Source: an uncultured Acidobacteriota bacterium
GTDB lineage: Bacteria > Acidobacteriota > Vicinamibacteria > Vicinamibacterales > 2-12-FULL-66-21
Length of the DNA: 64,000 bases
Assembly (NCBI GenBank): GCA_963725145.1
Contig: CAVRXL010000012.1
Coordinates: 1,155,616-1,219,615 of the forward strand
Direction of reading: 5' to 3'
The notes under the pieces were generated by a model, which saw only the letters and a list, made by a program, of their open reading frames with translations, searched no databases and was not told where the DNA came from. A program made the position numbers and the translations under genes. Position 1 is the first letter of the stretch, and each line of letters opens with the position of its first letter. Positions 18,787-28,990 of this stretch are shown here, piece after piece.

Positions 18787-20637
18787 ATGCCTCTGGCTCC
18801 CTTCCTCGAGGCCATCGACTCGCGAGTCCTCGTCTGCGACGGCGCCATGGGGACGATGCTGTACGCCAAGGGCATCTTCCTGAACCGGTCGTTCGACGAG
18901 CTGAACCTGACGCAGCCGGATCTCGTCGCCGAGGTGCACCAGGCCTACGTCCGCGCCGGGTCCGACATCATCGAGACCAACACGTTCGGCGCCAACCGCA
19001 TCAAGCTCGGCGCCTTCAGCCTCGCGGATCGCGCCCACGCGATCAACGTGCAGGGGGCGCGCATCGCCCGGCACGCCGCGCGCGAGCAGGCGTATGTCGC
19101 CGGAGCGATCGGACCGCTCGGGATTCGCATCGAGCCTTGGGGGAAGACCGGCGTGGACGAGGCCGAGGAGTACTTCCGCCAGCAGGCCAAGGCGCTCGTC
19201 GAGGGCGGCGTCCAACTGTTCGTCCTCGAGACCTTCCGCGACCTGAACGAGATCAAGGCGGCCATCCGCGCGGTGCGCAGCGTCTGTCAGCTTCCGATCG
19301 TCGCCCAGATGACGACCGAAGACGATGGCAACAGTCTCGACGGCACGCCGCCGGAACAGTTCGCGCCGGCACTGATCGAGGCCGGGGCAGGGGTCATCGG
19401 CCTCAACTGCAGCGTCGGCCCCGCGGCCATGCTCGAGACGATCGAGCGGATGTCCCGCGCGACGGACGCCCGGTTGTCCGCCCAGCCCAACGCCGGGAAA
19501 CCGCGCGACGTCGAAGGGCGGAACATCTATCTGTGTTCTCCCGAGTACATGGCGTCGTACGCGCGCCGGTTCATCCTGAACGGCGCGAAGATCGTCGGCG
19601 GCTGCTGCGGGACGACGCCCGATCACATCCGGCAGATCAAAGCGGCGGTCAAAGCGCTGGCGCCGCCGCAGCAGCGGCCGGTCGCCGAGCGCGTCCAGCC
19701 GGGCATCACGGCCGAGGCCCGGCCGGTCGATCGTGACTCGAAGTCGCGGATGGCGAACGCGCTCGCCCGGCGCAATTTCGTCGTCTCCGTCGAGCTGCTG
19801 CCGCCGCGCGGGCACCGGACCGACGCGCTCGTCGAGCAGGCGCGCGCGTTGAAAATCCACGGCGTGGACATCGTGAACGTGCCGGATGGCCCGCGGGCGA
19901 GCGCGCGCATGAGCGCGCTGGCGATGGCCGTGCTCGTCCAGCAGCAGACCGGGCTCGAGTCCATCCTGCACTATGCCTGCCGGGACCGGAACCTGCTCAG
20001 CATGCAGTCGGACCTGCTCGGCGCGCACGCCATGGGGGTCCGCAACGTGCTCATCATCACGGGCGATCCACCCAAGGCGGGGGATTACCCGGACGCGACC
20101 GCCGTCTTCGACGTCGATTCGATCGGCCTGACCAACGTCGTCTCGCGTCTGAACCGCGGCCTCGATATCGGCGGCCAGGCGATGGGCGCCGCGACCGCGT
20201 TCCACATCGGGGTGGCGCTCAACCCTGCGGCGCCGAATCTGGACGAGGAGATCCGGCGCTTCGAGTACAAGGTCGAGGCGGGGGCGGAATTCGCCCTGAC
20301 ACAGCCCATCTACGATATCGCCGCGTTCGAGCGTGTGCTGAAGCGGATCGAGCACGTTCGGATTCCGATTGTGGCCGGGCTGGCGCCGTTCGAGAGCGTC
20401 CGGCACGCCGAGTTTCTCGCGAACGAGGTGCCCGGGGTCCACGTCCCCGAGGCGCTGCTCGATCGGATGCGGCGGGCGGAGGCCGCCGGACGCGCGCCCG
20501 CAGAGGGGCTCGCGGTCGCGCGCGAGATCGCGTCGGCGCTCCGCGGCATCGTCGAAGGCCTGCAGATCACGACCGCCACGACGACCGCCGATCCGCTTCC
20601 GGCTGTCCTTGGAGTACTTGAGGTTTGCACGCCCTAG
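18787..20637 (+). CDS. yitJ: Bifunctional homocysteine S-methyltransferase / 5,10-methylene-THF reductase
   Basis: DGAMGT, IETNTFGAN, GLNCSVGP, PNAG, GGCCGTTPDHI; MTHFR half with CRDRN, ITGDPP, TQP. Confidence 0.92.
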   Translation: MPLAPFLEAIDSRVLVCDGAMGTMLYAKGIFLNRSFDELNLTQPDLVAEVHQAYVRAGSDIIETNTFGANRIKLGAFSLADRAHAINVQGARIARHAAREQAYVAGAIGPLGIRIEPWGKTGVDEAEEYFRQQAKALVEGGVQLFVLETFRDLNEIKAAIRAVRSVCQLPIVAQMTTEDDGNSLDGTPPEQFAPALIEAGAGVIGLNCSVGPAAMLETIERMSRATDARLSAQPNAGKPRDVEGRNIYLCSPEYMASYARRFILNGAKIVGGCCGTTPDHIRQIKAAVKALAPPQQRPVAERVQPGITAEARPVDRDSKSRMANALARRNFVVSVELLPPRGHRTDALVEQARALKIHGVDIVNVPDGPRASARMSALAMAVLVQQQTGLESILHYACRDRNLLSMQSDLLGAHAMGVRNVLIITGDPPKAGDYPDATAVFDVDSIGLTNVVSRLNRGLDIGGQAMGAATAFHIGVALNPAAPNLDEEIRRFEYKVEAGAEFALTQPIYDIAAFERVLKRIEHVRIPIVAGLAPFESVRHAEFLANEVPGVHVPEALLDRMRRAEAAGRAPAEGLAVAREIASALRGIVEGLQITTATTTADPLPAVLGVLEVCTP

Positions 20638-20680
20638 TCAGGTGCACCCGGTGCACCCGTCGTGCTATAGTCCGAAACCT

Positions 20681-21376
20681 ATGTCGTTATTGAAACTTGA
20701 CGATCGAGAGGACTATCTCGCGGCCTCCGACGCGGCGACCCGGGCGCTGTCGGTCACGGAGGTCGAAAACGACTTCGTCGAGGGTGTATACGACAAGCTC
20801 GCCAAGGTCTACGACCTCGTGTTCGGTCCCACGCTTCACCCTGGTCGGGTGCAGGCGATCAAGAAAATGGGACTGATGCCGGAAGAGCGGGTGCTCGAGG
20901 TCGGCGTGGGCACGGGCATCAACCTGTCCCTGTATCCGAGACACTGCCGCGTGACGGGCATCGACTTCTCGGCATCCATGCTCGAGAAGGCGCGCGACCG
21001 CGTCAGCCGCGAGGACATCCGCGGCGTTCGCCTGTTGCAGATGGACGCGGTCGATCTCAAGTTTCCGGACGACAGCTTCGACATCGTTTACGCGCCCTAT
21101 CTGATCAGCGTCGTGCCCGATCCGGTCAAGGTGGCGCAGGAGATGCGCCGCGTCTGCCGCAGCGGCGGACGCATCGTGTTCCTCAATCACTTCATCAGCC
21201 CGAACGCCCTGCTCTCGCGCTTCGAGCGGCTGATCTCGCCGCTGACGATCCACATCGGGTTCAAGTCCGACCTCGATCTGCCCGCCTTCCTCGCGCAGGC
21301 GGATCTGAAGCCCGTGTCGATCGAGAAGGTCAACATCCCGAAGATCTGGTCGCTCGTTACCTGCGTCAAGGATTAG
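20681..21376 (+). CDS. Class I SAM-dependent methyltransferase (PmtA-like phospholipid N-methyltransferase)
   Basis: VYDLVFG, VLEVGVGTG, GIDFSASML, QMDA, ISVVPDP, NHF. Confidence 0.75.
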   Translation: MSLLKLDDREDYLAASDAATRALSVTEVENDFVEGVYDKLAKVYDLVFGPTLHPGRVQAIKKMGLMPEERVLEVGVGTGINLSLYPRHCRVTGIDFSASMLEKARDRVSREDIRGVRLLQMDAVDLKFPDDSFDIVYAPYLISVVPDPVKVAQEMRRVCRSGGRIVFLNHFISPNALLSRFERLISPLTIHIGFKSDLDLPAFLAQADLKPVSIEKVNIPKIWSLVTCVKD

Positions 21377-21425
21377 GTTCTCAGGGTTCTCAAGGTTCTT
21401 GGGGTTCTCAGGGTTCTTGAGGTTC
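21376..21425. repeat. GGTTCT(C/T)RR nonamer tandem repeat
   Basis: ggttctcag ggttctcaa ggttcttgg ggttctcag ggttcttga ggttc, starting at the upstream stop codon. Confidence 0.85.
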
Positions 21426-24224
21426 ACCTTGCGCGGTCTTCTTGCCGCCGTCGCCCTCGCACTCCTCGCGGTCGAAGCGTCTACTGGATTCTCGCAGCCG
21501 GCACCGTCTGCTCCTGTCCTGAAAGTCGAAGCGCTCCGGGCCGAATACAAAGAGAACCCGCTCGGGATCGATAGCCGTGCGCCGCGATTGAGCTGGCGGA
21601 TCGCCGCGAAGGTCCGGAACGTGCGGCAGGCCGCGTACCAGATCCGCGTGGCGCGTTCCGCCAGCGACCTTCGTTCGGCCCGCAACCTGCACTGGGATTC
21701 CGGCCGCGTCGCCTCGGCCGAGTCGACCCAGCGCGTGTACGACGGGAAGCCGCTCGGTTCCGCGCAGCGGTACGTCTGGCAGGTGCAGATCTGGGACGAC
21801 CAGGGGCGCGCATCAGGCTGGAGCGAGCCGGCCTGGTGGGAGATGGGCCTGCTCACACCGGCCGACTGGCGCGCGAGCTGGATCGAGCCCGGGCTGCCCG
21901 AGGATGTCTCGACGTCGCTGCCGGCTCCGATGCTGCGGCGCGCCTTCAGATTGACGAAGGCTGTCCAGTCGGCGCGCGCGTATGTGACAAGCCATGGCGT
22001 CTACGAGCTGCACCTCAACGGCGCGCGGGTTGGCGACGAGGTGCTGACACCCGGATGGACGAGCTATGCCACGCGCCTGCAATACCAGACCTACGACGTG
22101 ACGGCTCTGCTGCGCCGCGGCGACAACGCCGCCGGCGTCCTGCTGGGGAACGGCTGGTACCGCGGGAACATCGGCTTCAGCAAGCGGCGCAACGTGTACG
22201 GCGACCGACTGGCGCTGCTGCTCCAGATTGACGTCACGTACGCCGACGGGAGCCGCGAGACGATCGGCAGCGACGGCCAGTGGAAGGCATCCGCCGGCCC
22301 CATCGTCATGTCGGAGATCTACCACGGCGAAACCTACGACGCGCGTCTCGAAAAGAACGGCTGGACTGAAGCGACGTTCGACGATCGGAGCTGGACGCCG
22401 GCCCGCCCGGTCGAGCGTCCGAAAGGAGTGTTGATCGCGCCGGCGGGCCCTCCGATCAAGCGGATGAACGAGCTCAAACCGGTTGCAATCCTGCGGACGC
22501 CGGCGGGCCAGCACGTCGTCGACATGGGACAGAACATGGTCGGCTGGGTCCGGCTACGCGTGCAGGGTCAGCCGGGCACGGTGGTGACGCTCACACACGC
22601 GGAAGTGCTCGACAAGCAGGGCAACTTCTACACCACGAACCTGCGCGCTGCGGCGCAGGCGATCAAGTACACGTTGAAAGGCGGCGGCGTCGAGACCTAC
22701 GAGCCGCGTTTCACGTTCCAGGGTTTCCGGTACGTGGCGGTCGACGGCTATCCGGGCGAGTTGACGGCCGACAGCCTGACGGGGATCGTCGTGCACTCCG
22801 CCATGGCGGCGAGCGGCGACTTCTCGGCGTCGCACGCCATCCTCAATCAGCTTCAACACAACATCGTCTGGGGTCAGAAAGGAAACTTCCTCGACGTTCC
22901 GACCGATTGCCCGCAGCGGGACGAGCGCCTGGGGTGGACCGGCGACGCGCAGGCGTTCGCGCGCACCGCGGCGTTCAACATGGATGTCGCGGGGTTTTTC
23001 ACGAAGTGGTTGAAGGATCTCGAGGCCGATCAGTACAAGTCGGGCGCCGTGCCGCACGTGATTCCGGACGTGCTGACGTTGCCCGCTGCGGCGGATTCAT
23101 CCGGGCAGGCGTTCCGACAGCAGGCGGGCGCCGCCGGCTGGGCGGACGCCGCGGTCATCATCCCCTGGACGATGTACCTGACCTACGGGGATACGCGCGT
23201 TCTGCAGGAGCAGTACGGCAGCATGACCCGCTGGGTCGAGTACATGCGGCAGCGCGCGGGCGACGATCACATCTGGGACGGTGACTTTCACTTCGGCGAC
23301 TGGCTGTCGTTCGCCACGACGCGGGCCGACTATCCCGGCGCGACGACCGGCAAGGACCTCATCGCCACCGCGTTCTTCGCGCATTCGACCGATCTGGTCG
23401 GGCGGATCGCGCGCGTACTCGGGAAGACCGAAGATGCGGCGCGATACGACGAGCTTCGCGATCGGATCAAAGCGGCTTTCGTGCGGGAGTTCGTCACCCC
23501 TGCGGCCCGCGTCGGAGAAGGGACGCAGACCGCATACGTGCTGGCGTTGCAGTTCGACCTGCTCCCTCCCGACATGCGCGGTAAAGCGGCGGCGCATCTC
23601 ATTCGGGACGTGCGCGAGCGCAAACACCTGACGACCGGTTTCCTCGGCACGCCGTACCTGCTTCACGTGCTCACCAGGTACGGATACCTGGACGAGGCCT
23701 ACATGCTGCTCGAGCGCGAGCAGTACCCGTCGTGGCTGTATCCGATCACGAAGGGCGCGACCACGATCTGGGAGCGGTGGGACGGGATCAAGCCGGACGG
23801 CTCGTTCCAGGATGCGGGAATGAACTCGTTCAACCACTACGCGTACGGTGCAGTGGGCGACTGGATGTACCGCGTGATGGCCGGCATCGAAGTCGACGAG
23901 AACGCGCCGGGCTATCGCCACATCCTGATCCAGCCGCGTCCCGGCGGGAAAACGACGAAGGCCGGCGCCCGCCACGATTCTCCGTACGGAACGGTCGCGT
24001 CCGCGTGGACCCTCGACGCTGGACGGTTCGAACTGACCGTACAGGTGCCGCCCAACACACGCGCGACGATCCGCCTGCCGCGCGCGACGCTCGCGACGAC
24101 CACGGAAGGTGGTCAGCCAATCGAACGCGTGAAGGATCTCCTCGCCAGCCGTCAGGACAAAGACGATGTTGTCGTGGAAGTTGGATCCGGCGAGTACCGA
24201 TTTGCGTCGACGCTCAAAGATTAG
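21399..24224 (+). CDS. Secreted alpha-L-rhamnosidase, GH78; start uncertain (possibly TTG near 21430)
   Basis: Signal peptide; NPLGID..PRLSW, DMGQNMVGW, PTDCPQRDERLGWTGD, GATTIWERW, MNSFNHYAYG. Confidence 0.93.
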   Translation: MGFSGFLRFTLRGLLAAVALALLAVEASTGFSQPAPSAPVLKVEALRAEYKENPLGIDSRAPRLSWRIAAKVRNVRQAAYQIRVARSASDLRSARNLHWDSGRVASAESTQRVYDGKPLGSAQRYVWQVQIWDDQGRASGWSEPAWWEMGLLTPADWRASWIEPGLPEDVSTSLPAPMLRRAFRLTKAVQSARAYVTSHGVYELHLNGARVGDEVLTPGWTSYATRLQYQTYDVTALLRRGDNAAGVLLGNGWYRGNIGFSKRRNVYGDRLALLLQIDVTYADGSRETIGSDGQWKASAGPIVMSEIYHGETYDARLEKNGWTEATFDDRSWTPARPVERPKGVLIAPAGPPIKRMNELKPVAILRTPAGQHVVDMGQNMVGWVRLRVQGQPGTVVTLTHAEVLDKQGNFYTTNLRAAAQAIKYTLKGGGVETYEPRFTFQGFRYVAVDGYPGELTADSLTGIVVHSAMAASGDFSASHAILNQLQHNIVWGQKGNFLDVPTDCPQRDERLGWTGDAQAFARTAAFNMDVAGFFTKWLKDLEADQYKSGAVPHVIPDVLTLPAAADSSGQAFRQQAGAAGWADAAVIIPWTMYLTYGDTRVLQEQYGSMTRWVEYMRQRAGDDHIWDGDFHFGDWLSFATTRADYPGATTGKDLIATAFFAHSTDLVGRIARVLGKTEDAARYDELRDRIKAAFVREFVTPAARVGEGTQTAYVLALQFDLLPPDMRGKAAAHLIRDVRERKHLTTGFLGTPYLLHVLTRYGYLDEAYMLLEREQYPSWLYPITKGATTIWERWDGIKPDGSFQDAGMNSFNHYAYGAVGDWMYRVMAGIEVDENAPGYRHILIQPRPGGKTTKAGARHDSPYGTVASAWTLDAGRFELTVQVPPNTRATIRLPRATLATTTEGGQPIERVKDLLASRQDKDDVVVEVGSGEYRFASTLKD

Positions 24225-24263
24225 GAAGCCCACACGAAAAACGTCGTCGCCGCCAGGCGTCGT

Positions 24264-24297
24264 GCCCCAGCCCCAGGCCCCAAGCCCCAAGCCCCAC
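24264..24297. repeat. CCCCAAG-type heptamer tandem repeat
   Basis: gccccag ccccagg ccccaag ccccaag ccccac. Confidence 0.75.
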
Positions 24298-24368
24298 GAA
24301 AGTTCCTGGATGGCAGCAAGCTTGCTTAGTGTCACTCCATCGCGCGCCTGATCCTCGGTCTATCGCTC

Positions 24369-25583
24369 GTGCTGGCCACCGGCTCATTCGCGCTCGCCGG
24401 CCCGGCGATCCCTCCGTCACCGCTGCCGCCGCCCACCGGCACGGTCGTCAACGTCTCCACCCTTTCTCAGTTGCAGAACGCCGTCGCTGGAATCGCCTCC
24501 AACACGACGATCGTGATCGCGCCCGGAACCTACAATCTCAACGGACCGCTCTACATCAACGGCACGTTCACGAACGTCGGCATCCGCGGCGCCACCGGCA
24601 ACCGCGACGATGTCGTGCTGGTCGGAAAAGGCATGACGGGTCCGAATGACGGAGGCGTGCCGTTCGGCATCTGGGTGGGCGGTAACGTTCAGGGCGTCAC
24701 GATCGCGCATCTCACGATCCGGGACATCTTCAACCACCCGATCATGCTGAACGCCGGCGCCCAGTCGCCGCTCATCCACAACGTCCGGCTCGTCAACGCC
24801 GGCCAGCAGTTCGTGAAGGCGAACCCGAACGGGGCCGGCGGCGGCGTCGACAACGGCATCGTCGAATACTCGGTCATCGAGTACGTGACGACGAGCCGCG
24901 ACTACTACACGAACGGCGTGGACGTGCACACCGGCGACAACTGGATCATCCGGCACAACCTGTTCCGCAACATCCGGGCGCCGGCCGGCGAGCTCGCCGG
25001 CCCGGCGATCCTGATGTGGAACGGATCGACGAACACGCTCGTCGACGGCAATACGTTCATCGACTGCCAGCGCGATATCGCGATGGGGTTGATCGAACGA
25101 ACGCCGAACGACCATACGGGCGGCATCGTGCGCAACAACTTCATCTACCGAGGGTCCGGCGTGGCGGGCGACACGGCCATCTACATCGCGGACTCGCCGG
25201 GCACGCAGGTGCTGCACAACTCGATCCTCGTGTCGCGGACCTACGCCAGCCCCATCGAGTACCGGTTCCCGCACACCACGGGCGTGGTGATCCAGAACAA
25301 CGTGCTCGACGGGAACGTCCAGGCGAGGGATGGAGCGGCCGCGACGGTCGCGGGCAACTACACGTCTGCCGCGGCAGGGCTGTTCGTCAACCCCGCGGCC
25401 GGCGATCTGCACCTGAGGACAACGGCGACGGTGCTGCTCGACAAGATCGCGGCGCCGCCGGCGGCCGCGGGCCTCGACTGGGACGGGCACCCGCGACCCG
25501 CGGGCCTGACGGACGTCGGCGCGGACGAGGCGGGCGCGGCGATGCCGATCACGACACCACAAAACCTCAGAGTTGTGAGATAG
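24369..25583 (+). CDS. Exported right-handed parallel beta-helix repeat protein
   Basis: TIVIAPGTY, repeated I..N.F/I..N motifs (IRHNLFRNI, VDGNTFID, VRNNFI, VLHNSI, IQNNVL), FVNPAAGDLHL...DVGADE. Confidence 0.75.
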   Translation: MLATGSFALAGPAIPPSPLPPPTGTVVNVSTLSQLQNAVAGIASNTTIVIAPGTYNLNGPLYINGTFTNVGIRGATGNRDDVVLVGKGMTGPNDGGVPFGIWVGGNVQGVTIAHLTIRDIFNHPIMLNAGAQSPLIHNVRLVNAGQQFVKANPNGAGGGVDNGIVEYSVIEYVTTSRDYYTNGVDVHTGDNWIIRHNLFRNIRAPAGELAGPAILMWNGSTNTLVDGNTFIDCQRDIAMGLIERTPNDHTGGIVRNNFIYRGSGVAGDTAIYIADSPGTQVLHNSILVSRTYASPIEYRFPHTTGVVIQNNVLDGNVQARDGAAATVAGNYTSAAAGLFVNPAAGDLHLRTTATVLLDKIAAPPAAAGLDWDGHPRPAGLTDVGADEAGAAMPITTPQNLRVVR

Positions 25584-25609
25584 GAGGGCGGACCTCTCAG
25601 GTCCGCCTA
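25583..25609. repeat. REP-like hairpin (possible bidirectional terminator) between convergent genes
   Basis: ggag-ggcggacct-ctc-aggtccgcc; fills the whole intergenic gap. Confidence 0.75.
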
Positions 25610-27061
25610 ATGCACGCCGCTCATCAGGTTCCTGATCGGCTTCACGATCAGCATCAATAGCAACGCCGACGCGCCGGTCGTCAGGGCGACCGCGCCAAAG
25701 AGCTTGGGCAGCGGAAACGTTTCGAACAATCCCGCGACGCGCCCGCCGAAGAAGTTCCCGAGCGAGATCGACAGAAACCAGACGCCCATCATCGTGCCGA
25801 CGAGCCGTTGAGGCGCCAGCTTCGTCACGGTGCTGAGGCCGACCGGCGACAGGGCCAGCTCGCCAAACGTAAAGAACAGGAACACGAAGGTGAGCCACAA
25901 CGGGCTGACCCGCGCGCCGCTGGATTGCTGCGAGACCAGGGCCGCGGTCGCGACCGTTAGAAAGCCGAGGCTCACGAAGCCGAGTCCCCATGCAAATTTT
26001 GCCGGGCTCGACGGCTCTCGCTCCCGCAGCCGGATCCAGAGCCACGCGAACACCGGCGCGAACGCGACGATGAAGAACGAGTTCAGGGATTGGAAGTACG
26101 AAGAGGGGAAGTCCCAGCCAAACGCCGAGTTGCGCGTCGCGCGATCGGCGAACAGATTCAGGCTCGATCCCACCTGCTCGAAGCCCGCCCAGAACAAGGT
26201 CGAGAACACGAAAAGGACGAGGATGGCGAGCATCCGTCGTCGTTCGACGCCGGGGTGTGACTGGCCCAGCAGCCACACGAACAGCGCAGCCGTGCCGGCA
26301 AGGAGCACCAGGTCTCGATAGTCCCAGAGGGCGTAGAACGCCGCCACGACCACGAGAGAGATCGCGGCGACCCCGGCCCAGAGCAGGCCGGCGTTCGTGG
26401 GTTTGCGCTCGAGCTGCCCGGCGGTGCCGAGCCGCGCAGATCCCATGACATATTGAATCAGACCGAGCGTCATGCCGACGCCAGCCGCGCCGAACCCCCA
26501 GTGCCATCCGATCCGCTGGCCGAGATAGCCGCAGATGAGCGGCGCGATGAAGCCACCCAGGTTGATCCCCATGTAGAAGATCGAGAAGCCGGCGTCCCGG
26601 CGCCGATCGTCGGGCGCGTAGAGTTGCCCGACGATCGTGCTGACGTTCGTCTTCAACAGCCCGGTGCCGAGCACGATCAGCACGAGACCGGCGTAGAAAA
26701 GCGGCGTCACGTTGAGCGCGAGGCTGAAGTGGCCGAGCGCGATCAGAATGCCGCCGTAAAGCACGGCGTCGCGCTGGCCGAGCAGCCGGTCGGCGATCCA
26801 TCCGCCAGGAATCGCCGTGAAGTAGACGGCCGCCGTGTACATCCCGTAGATGGCCGCCGCGCGGCTCGTCTCGAATCCGAGCCCGCCGTCGGCGACGCTC
26901 GCCGTCATGAACAGAATGAGGAGCGCGCGCATCCCGTAGTAGCTGAAGCGCTCCCACATTTCGGTGAAGAACAGCGTGCTCAGACCGCGGGGGTGGCCGA
27001 AGAATCCTCCGCGGTCGGTCATCTCGCCGGCCGGCGTCCGATCGGCAGTAGAGCTGGACAT
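25607..27061 (-). CDS. POT/PTR-family proton-dependent peptide transporter (MFS)
   Basis: FFGHPRGL, EMWERFSYYGMRA, GGWIADRLLG, FYMGINLG, GEL.LSPVGLS. Confidence 0.94.
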   Translation of the reverse strand: MSSSTADRTPAGEMTDRGGFFGHPRGLSTLFFTEMWERFSYYGMRALLILFMTASVADGGLGFETSRAAAIYGMYTAAVYFTAIPGGWIADRLLGQRDAVLYGGILIALGHFSLALNVTPLFYAGLVLIVLGTGLLKTNVSTIVGQLYAPDDRRRDAGFSIFYMGINLGGFIAPLICGYLGQRIGWHWGFGAAGVGMTLGLIQYVMGSARLGTAGQLERKPTNAGLLWAGVAAISLVVVAAFYALWDYRDLVLLAGTAALFVWLLGQSHPGVERRRMLAILVLFVFSTLFWAGFEQVGSSLNLFADRATRNSAFGWDFPSSYFQSLNSFFIVAFAPVFAWLWIRLREREPSSPAKFAWGLGFVSLGFLTVATAALVSQQSSGARVSPLWLTFVFLFFTFGELALSPVGLSTVTKLAPQRLVGTMMGVWFLSISLGNFFGGRVAGLFETFPLPKLFGAVALTTGASALLLMLIVKPIRNLMSGVH

Positions 27062-27074
27062 GATGGCGAGCCTC

Positions 27075-28064
27075 TCAGAACGTGAACCGGTCGACGTTGT
27101 CTTTCGTGAACGTAAAGGGCGTGCCGAGGATAATCTGATCGCCGTCGACCTTCAGCGTGCCGAGCCGGCCCGCCGACAGCGACGATGCGCCTGGCTTGAG
27201 CGCGCCAGTCGCGACCGCGTGCGACGCGAAGACGGTAAGGAATCCGAGGTCCTCGGTGTTCCAGAGGACGGCCGAGTCCAGCACTCCATCCTTGAGATAC
27301 GGCCGCGCGTCGCCCGGCAGGCCGAGGCCGGTCACCCGCACGTCGGTGCGCCCCGACTGTTTGACGGCCTCCGCCGCGCCCGGCACGGCCGGCGACGCGA
27401 TCGCCATGATCACGCGCACCTGGGGGTGCACCTTCAGCATGGTCTGCGTTTCCTCGAACGCCCGGCGGCGATCGTCGTCGCTCGGCCGCACGTCGACAAG
27501 TGTCAGGTCGGGATATTTCTCTGCGAGCACCGCGCGCAGCTCGCGCAGCCATTCGTTCTGATTGGCGGCGGTCAGCGAAGCGGTGATGACGCCGAACGCG
27601 CCGCGGCCGCCGAGAATCCTGGCGGTGTGACCGGCGAGCGTCTCCGCAATCCCGCGGGGCGTGGCCTGGTTCACGAAGTAGTCGCGGGCGTCCGGCTCGG
27701 CGTCGGCATCCCAGGTCAGGACTTTGATGCCGCGCCCGCGCGCTTTTCGCAGCACGGTCGACAGCGCCTCTTTGTTCTCCACGCTGACGGCGATCACATC
27801 CACGCCGCGCGTGATCCAGGCCTCGACCACCTCGTTCTGCTTCGCGGGATCGGTCTCGGTCGGCCCATCCCACAGCAGCCGCACGTTGAGCGCTTTCGCC
27901 GCCTCTTCCGCGCCGGTCCGACAACTCGCGAAATAGGGGTTGCCCTTGTTCTTGGGCATCATCGCGATCGTCACGCCACTCTCGTCACCGCCGCCGCGGC
28001 AGCCTGCGAGCGAGAGAGAGATGACCACCAGACCGAGTCCGAGCGCTGCACAAGAGCGTGTCAT
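27075..28064 (-). CDS. Sugar ABC transporter substrate-binding lipoprotein (RhaS/LsrB-like)
   Basis: Lipobox LAGC; MPKNKGNPYF, GAEEAAK, TWDAD, NQNEW, FTKDNVDRF; lies in the rhamnose locus. Confidence 0.88.
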   Translation of the reverse strand: MTRSCAALGLGLVVISLSLAGCRGGGDESGVTIAMMPKNKGNPYFASCRTGAEEAAKALNVRLLWDGPTETDPAKQNEVVEAWITRGVDVIAVSVENKEALSTVLRKARGRGIKVLTWDADAEPDARDYFVNQATPRGIAETLAGHTARILGGRGAFGVITASLTAANQNEWLRELRAVLAEKYPDLTLVDVRPSDDDRRRAFEETQTMLKVHPQVRVIMAIASPAVPGAAEAVKQSGRTDVRVTGLGLPGDARPYLKDGVLDSAVLWNTEDLGFLTVFASHAVATGALKPGASSLSAGRLGTLKVDGDQIILGTPFTFTKDNVDRFTF

Positions 28065-28990
28065 GTGACCGCGTCCCTCCCACTAACCCAAAGAGCCGTC
28101 AGCAGCAGCCCGGCCGTGACGACGCCCGCCAGCTCGGCGGGCAGATCCGCGAGCCGCAAACCATTCTGCAACACCGCCAGCGTTGCCAGCCCCAGGACGG
28201 TGCCTGCGACGCTCCCGCGTCCGCCGAAGATGGACGTGCCGCCCAGCACCACGGCCGTGATCGCCATGAGCTCGAATCCGGTCCCGGCGTCCGCCTTCGC
28301 CTGGCCGAGCCGAGCCGCGTACAAGAGCGACGCGACCCCGGCGCTGAGTCCGGACAGAACGTAGACCACGGCGAGACGCTGGCCGACCGGCACACCGGCA
28401 AACCGCGCGCCTTCCGTCGAGTAGCCGATCGCCCGCAGCGTCCGACCGACCGCCATTCGATGCACGAGCACCCAGAATCCAATCGCAGCCAGGCCGACGA
28501 CCACGAGCTGAGCTGGCACGACGCCAAGGGTACCTTGTCCGAGGAAGAGAAATCCGTCGGGGAAGTTCGAGTAGTTGCGTATGCCGGCGGTCGCCCCCTC
28601 CGCCAGGCCTCTGAAGAGCGAGTATGTGCCGAGCGTCACGATGAGCGGCGGGATGCCCAGGCGCGACACGAGCAGGGCGTTGAGGCCGCCGCCCGCCGCG
28701 CCCGCGCCAATCGCCGCACACGCCGCCAGCCAGATCGGCCACTGGGCCTCGCGCCACGTCACGCCAAAGACGACGGCCGACAGCGCCAGCAGCGATCCAA
28801 CCGAGAGATCGATTCCGCCCGTGAGGATCACCGGCGTGAGCGCGAGGGCGAGCAGGCTCACTTCGGCGCTTGCCCGCGCGATCTCGGCCGCGTTCTCGAT
28901 CGTCAGGAAGTTCGAGCCGAGCGCCGCGAAGATCGCGATCTCGATGACGAGGCAGGCCGCGAGCACGCGCTCGTGCACGCCTAAGCTCAC
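28061..28990 (-). CDS. Sugar ABC transporter permease (RhaQ-like)
   Basis: TGGIDLSVGS, IPPLIVTLGT..LFRGLA, FELMAITAVVLGGTSIFGGRG. Confidence 0.9.
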   Translation of the reverse strand: MSLGVHERVLAACLVIEIAIFAALGSNFLTIENAAEIARASAEVSLLALALTPVILTGGIDLSVGSLLALSAVVFGVTWREAQWPIWLAACAAIGAGAAGGGLNALLVSRLGIPPLIVTLGTYSLFRGLAEGATAGIRNYSNFPDGFLFLGQGTLGVVPAQLVVVGLAAIGFWVLVHRMAVGRTLRAIGYSTEGARFAGVPVGQRLAVVYVLSGLSAGVASLLYAARLGQAKADAGTGFELMAITAVVLGGTSIFGGRGSVAGTVLGLATLAVLQNGLRLADLPAELAGVVTAGLLLTALWVSGRDAVT

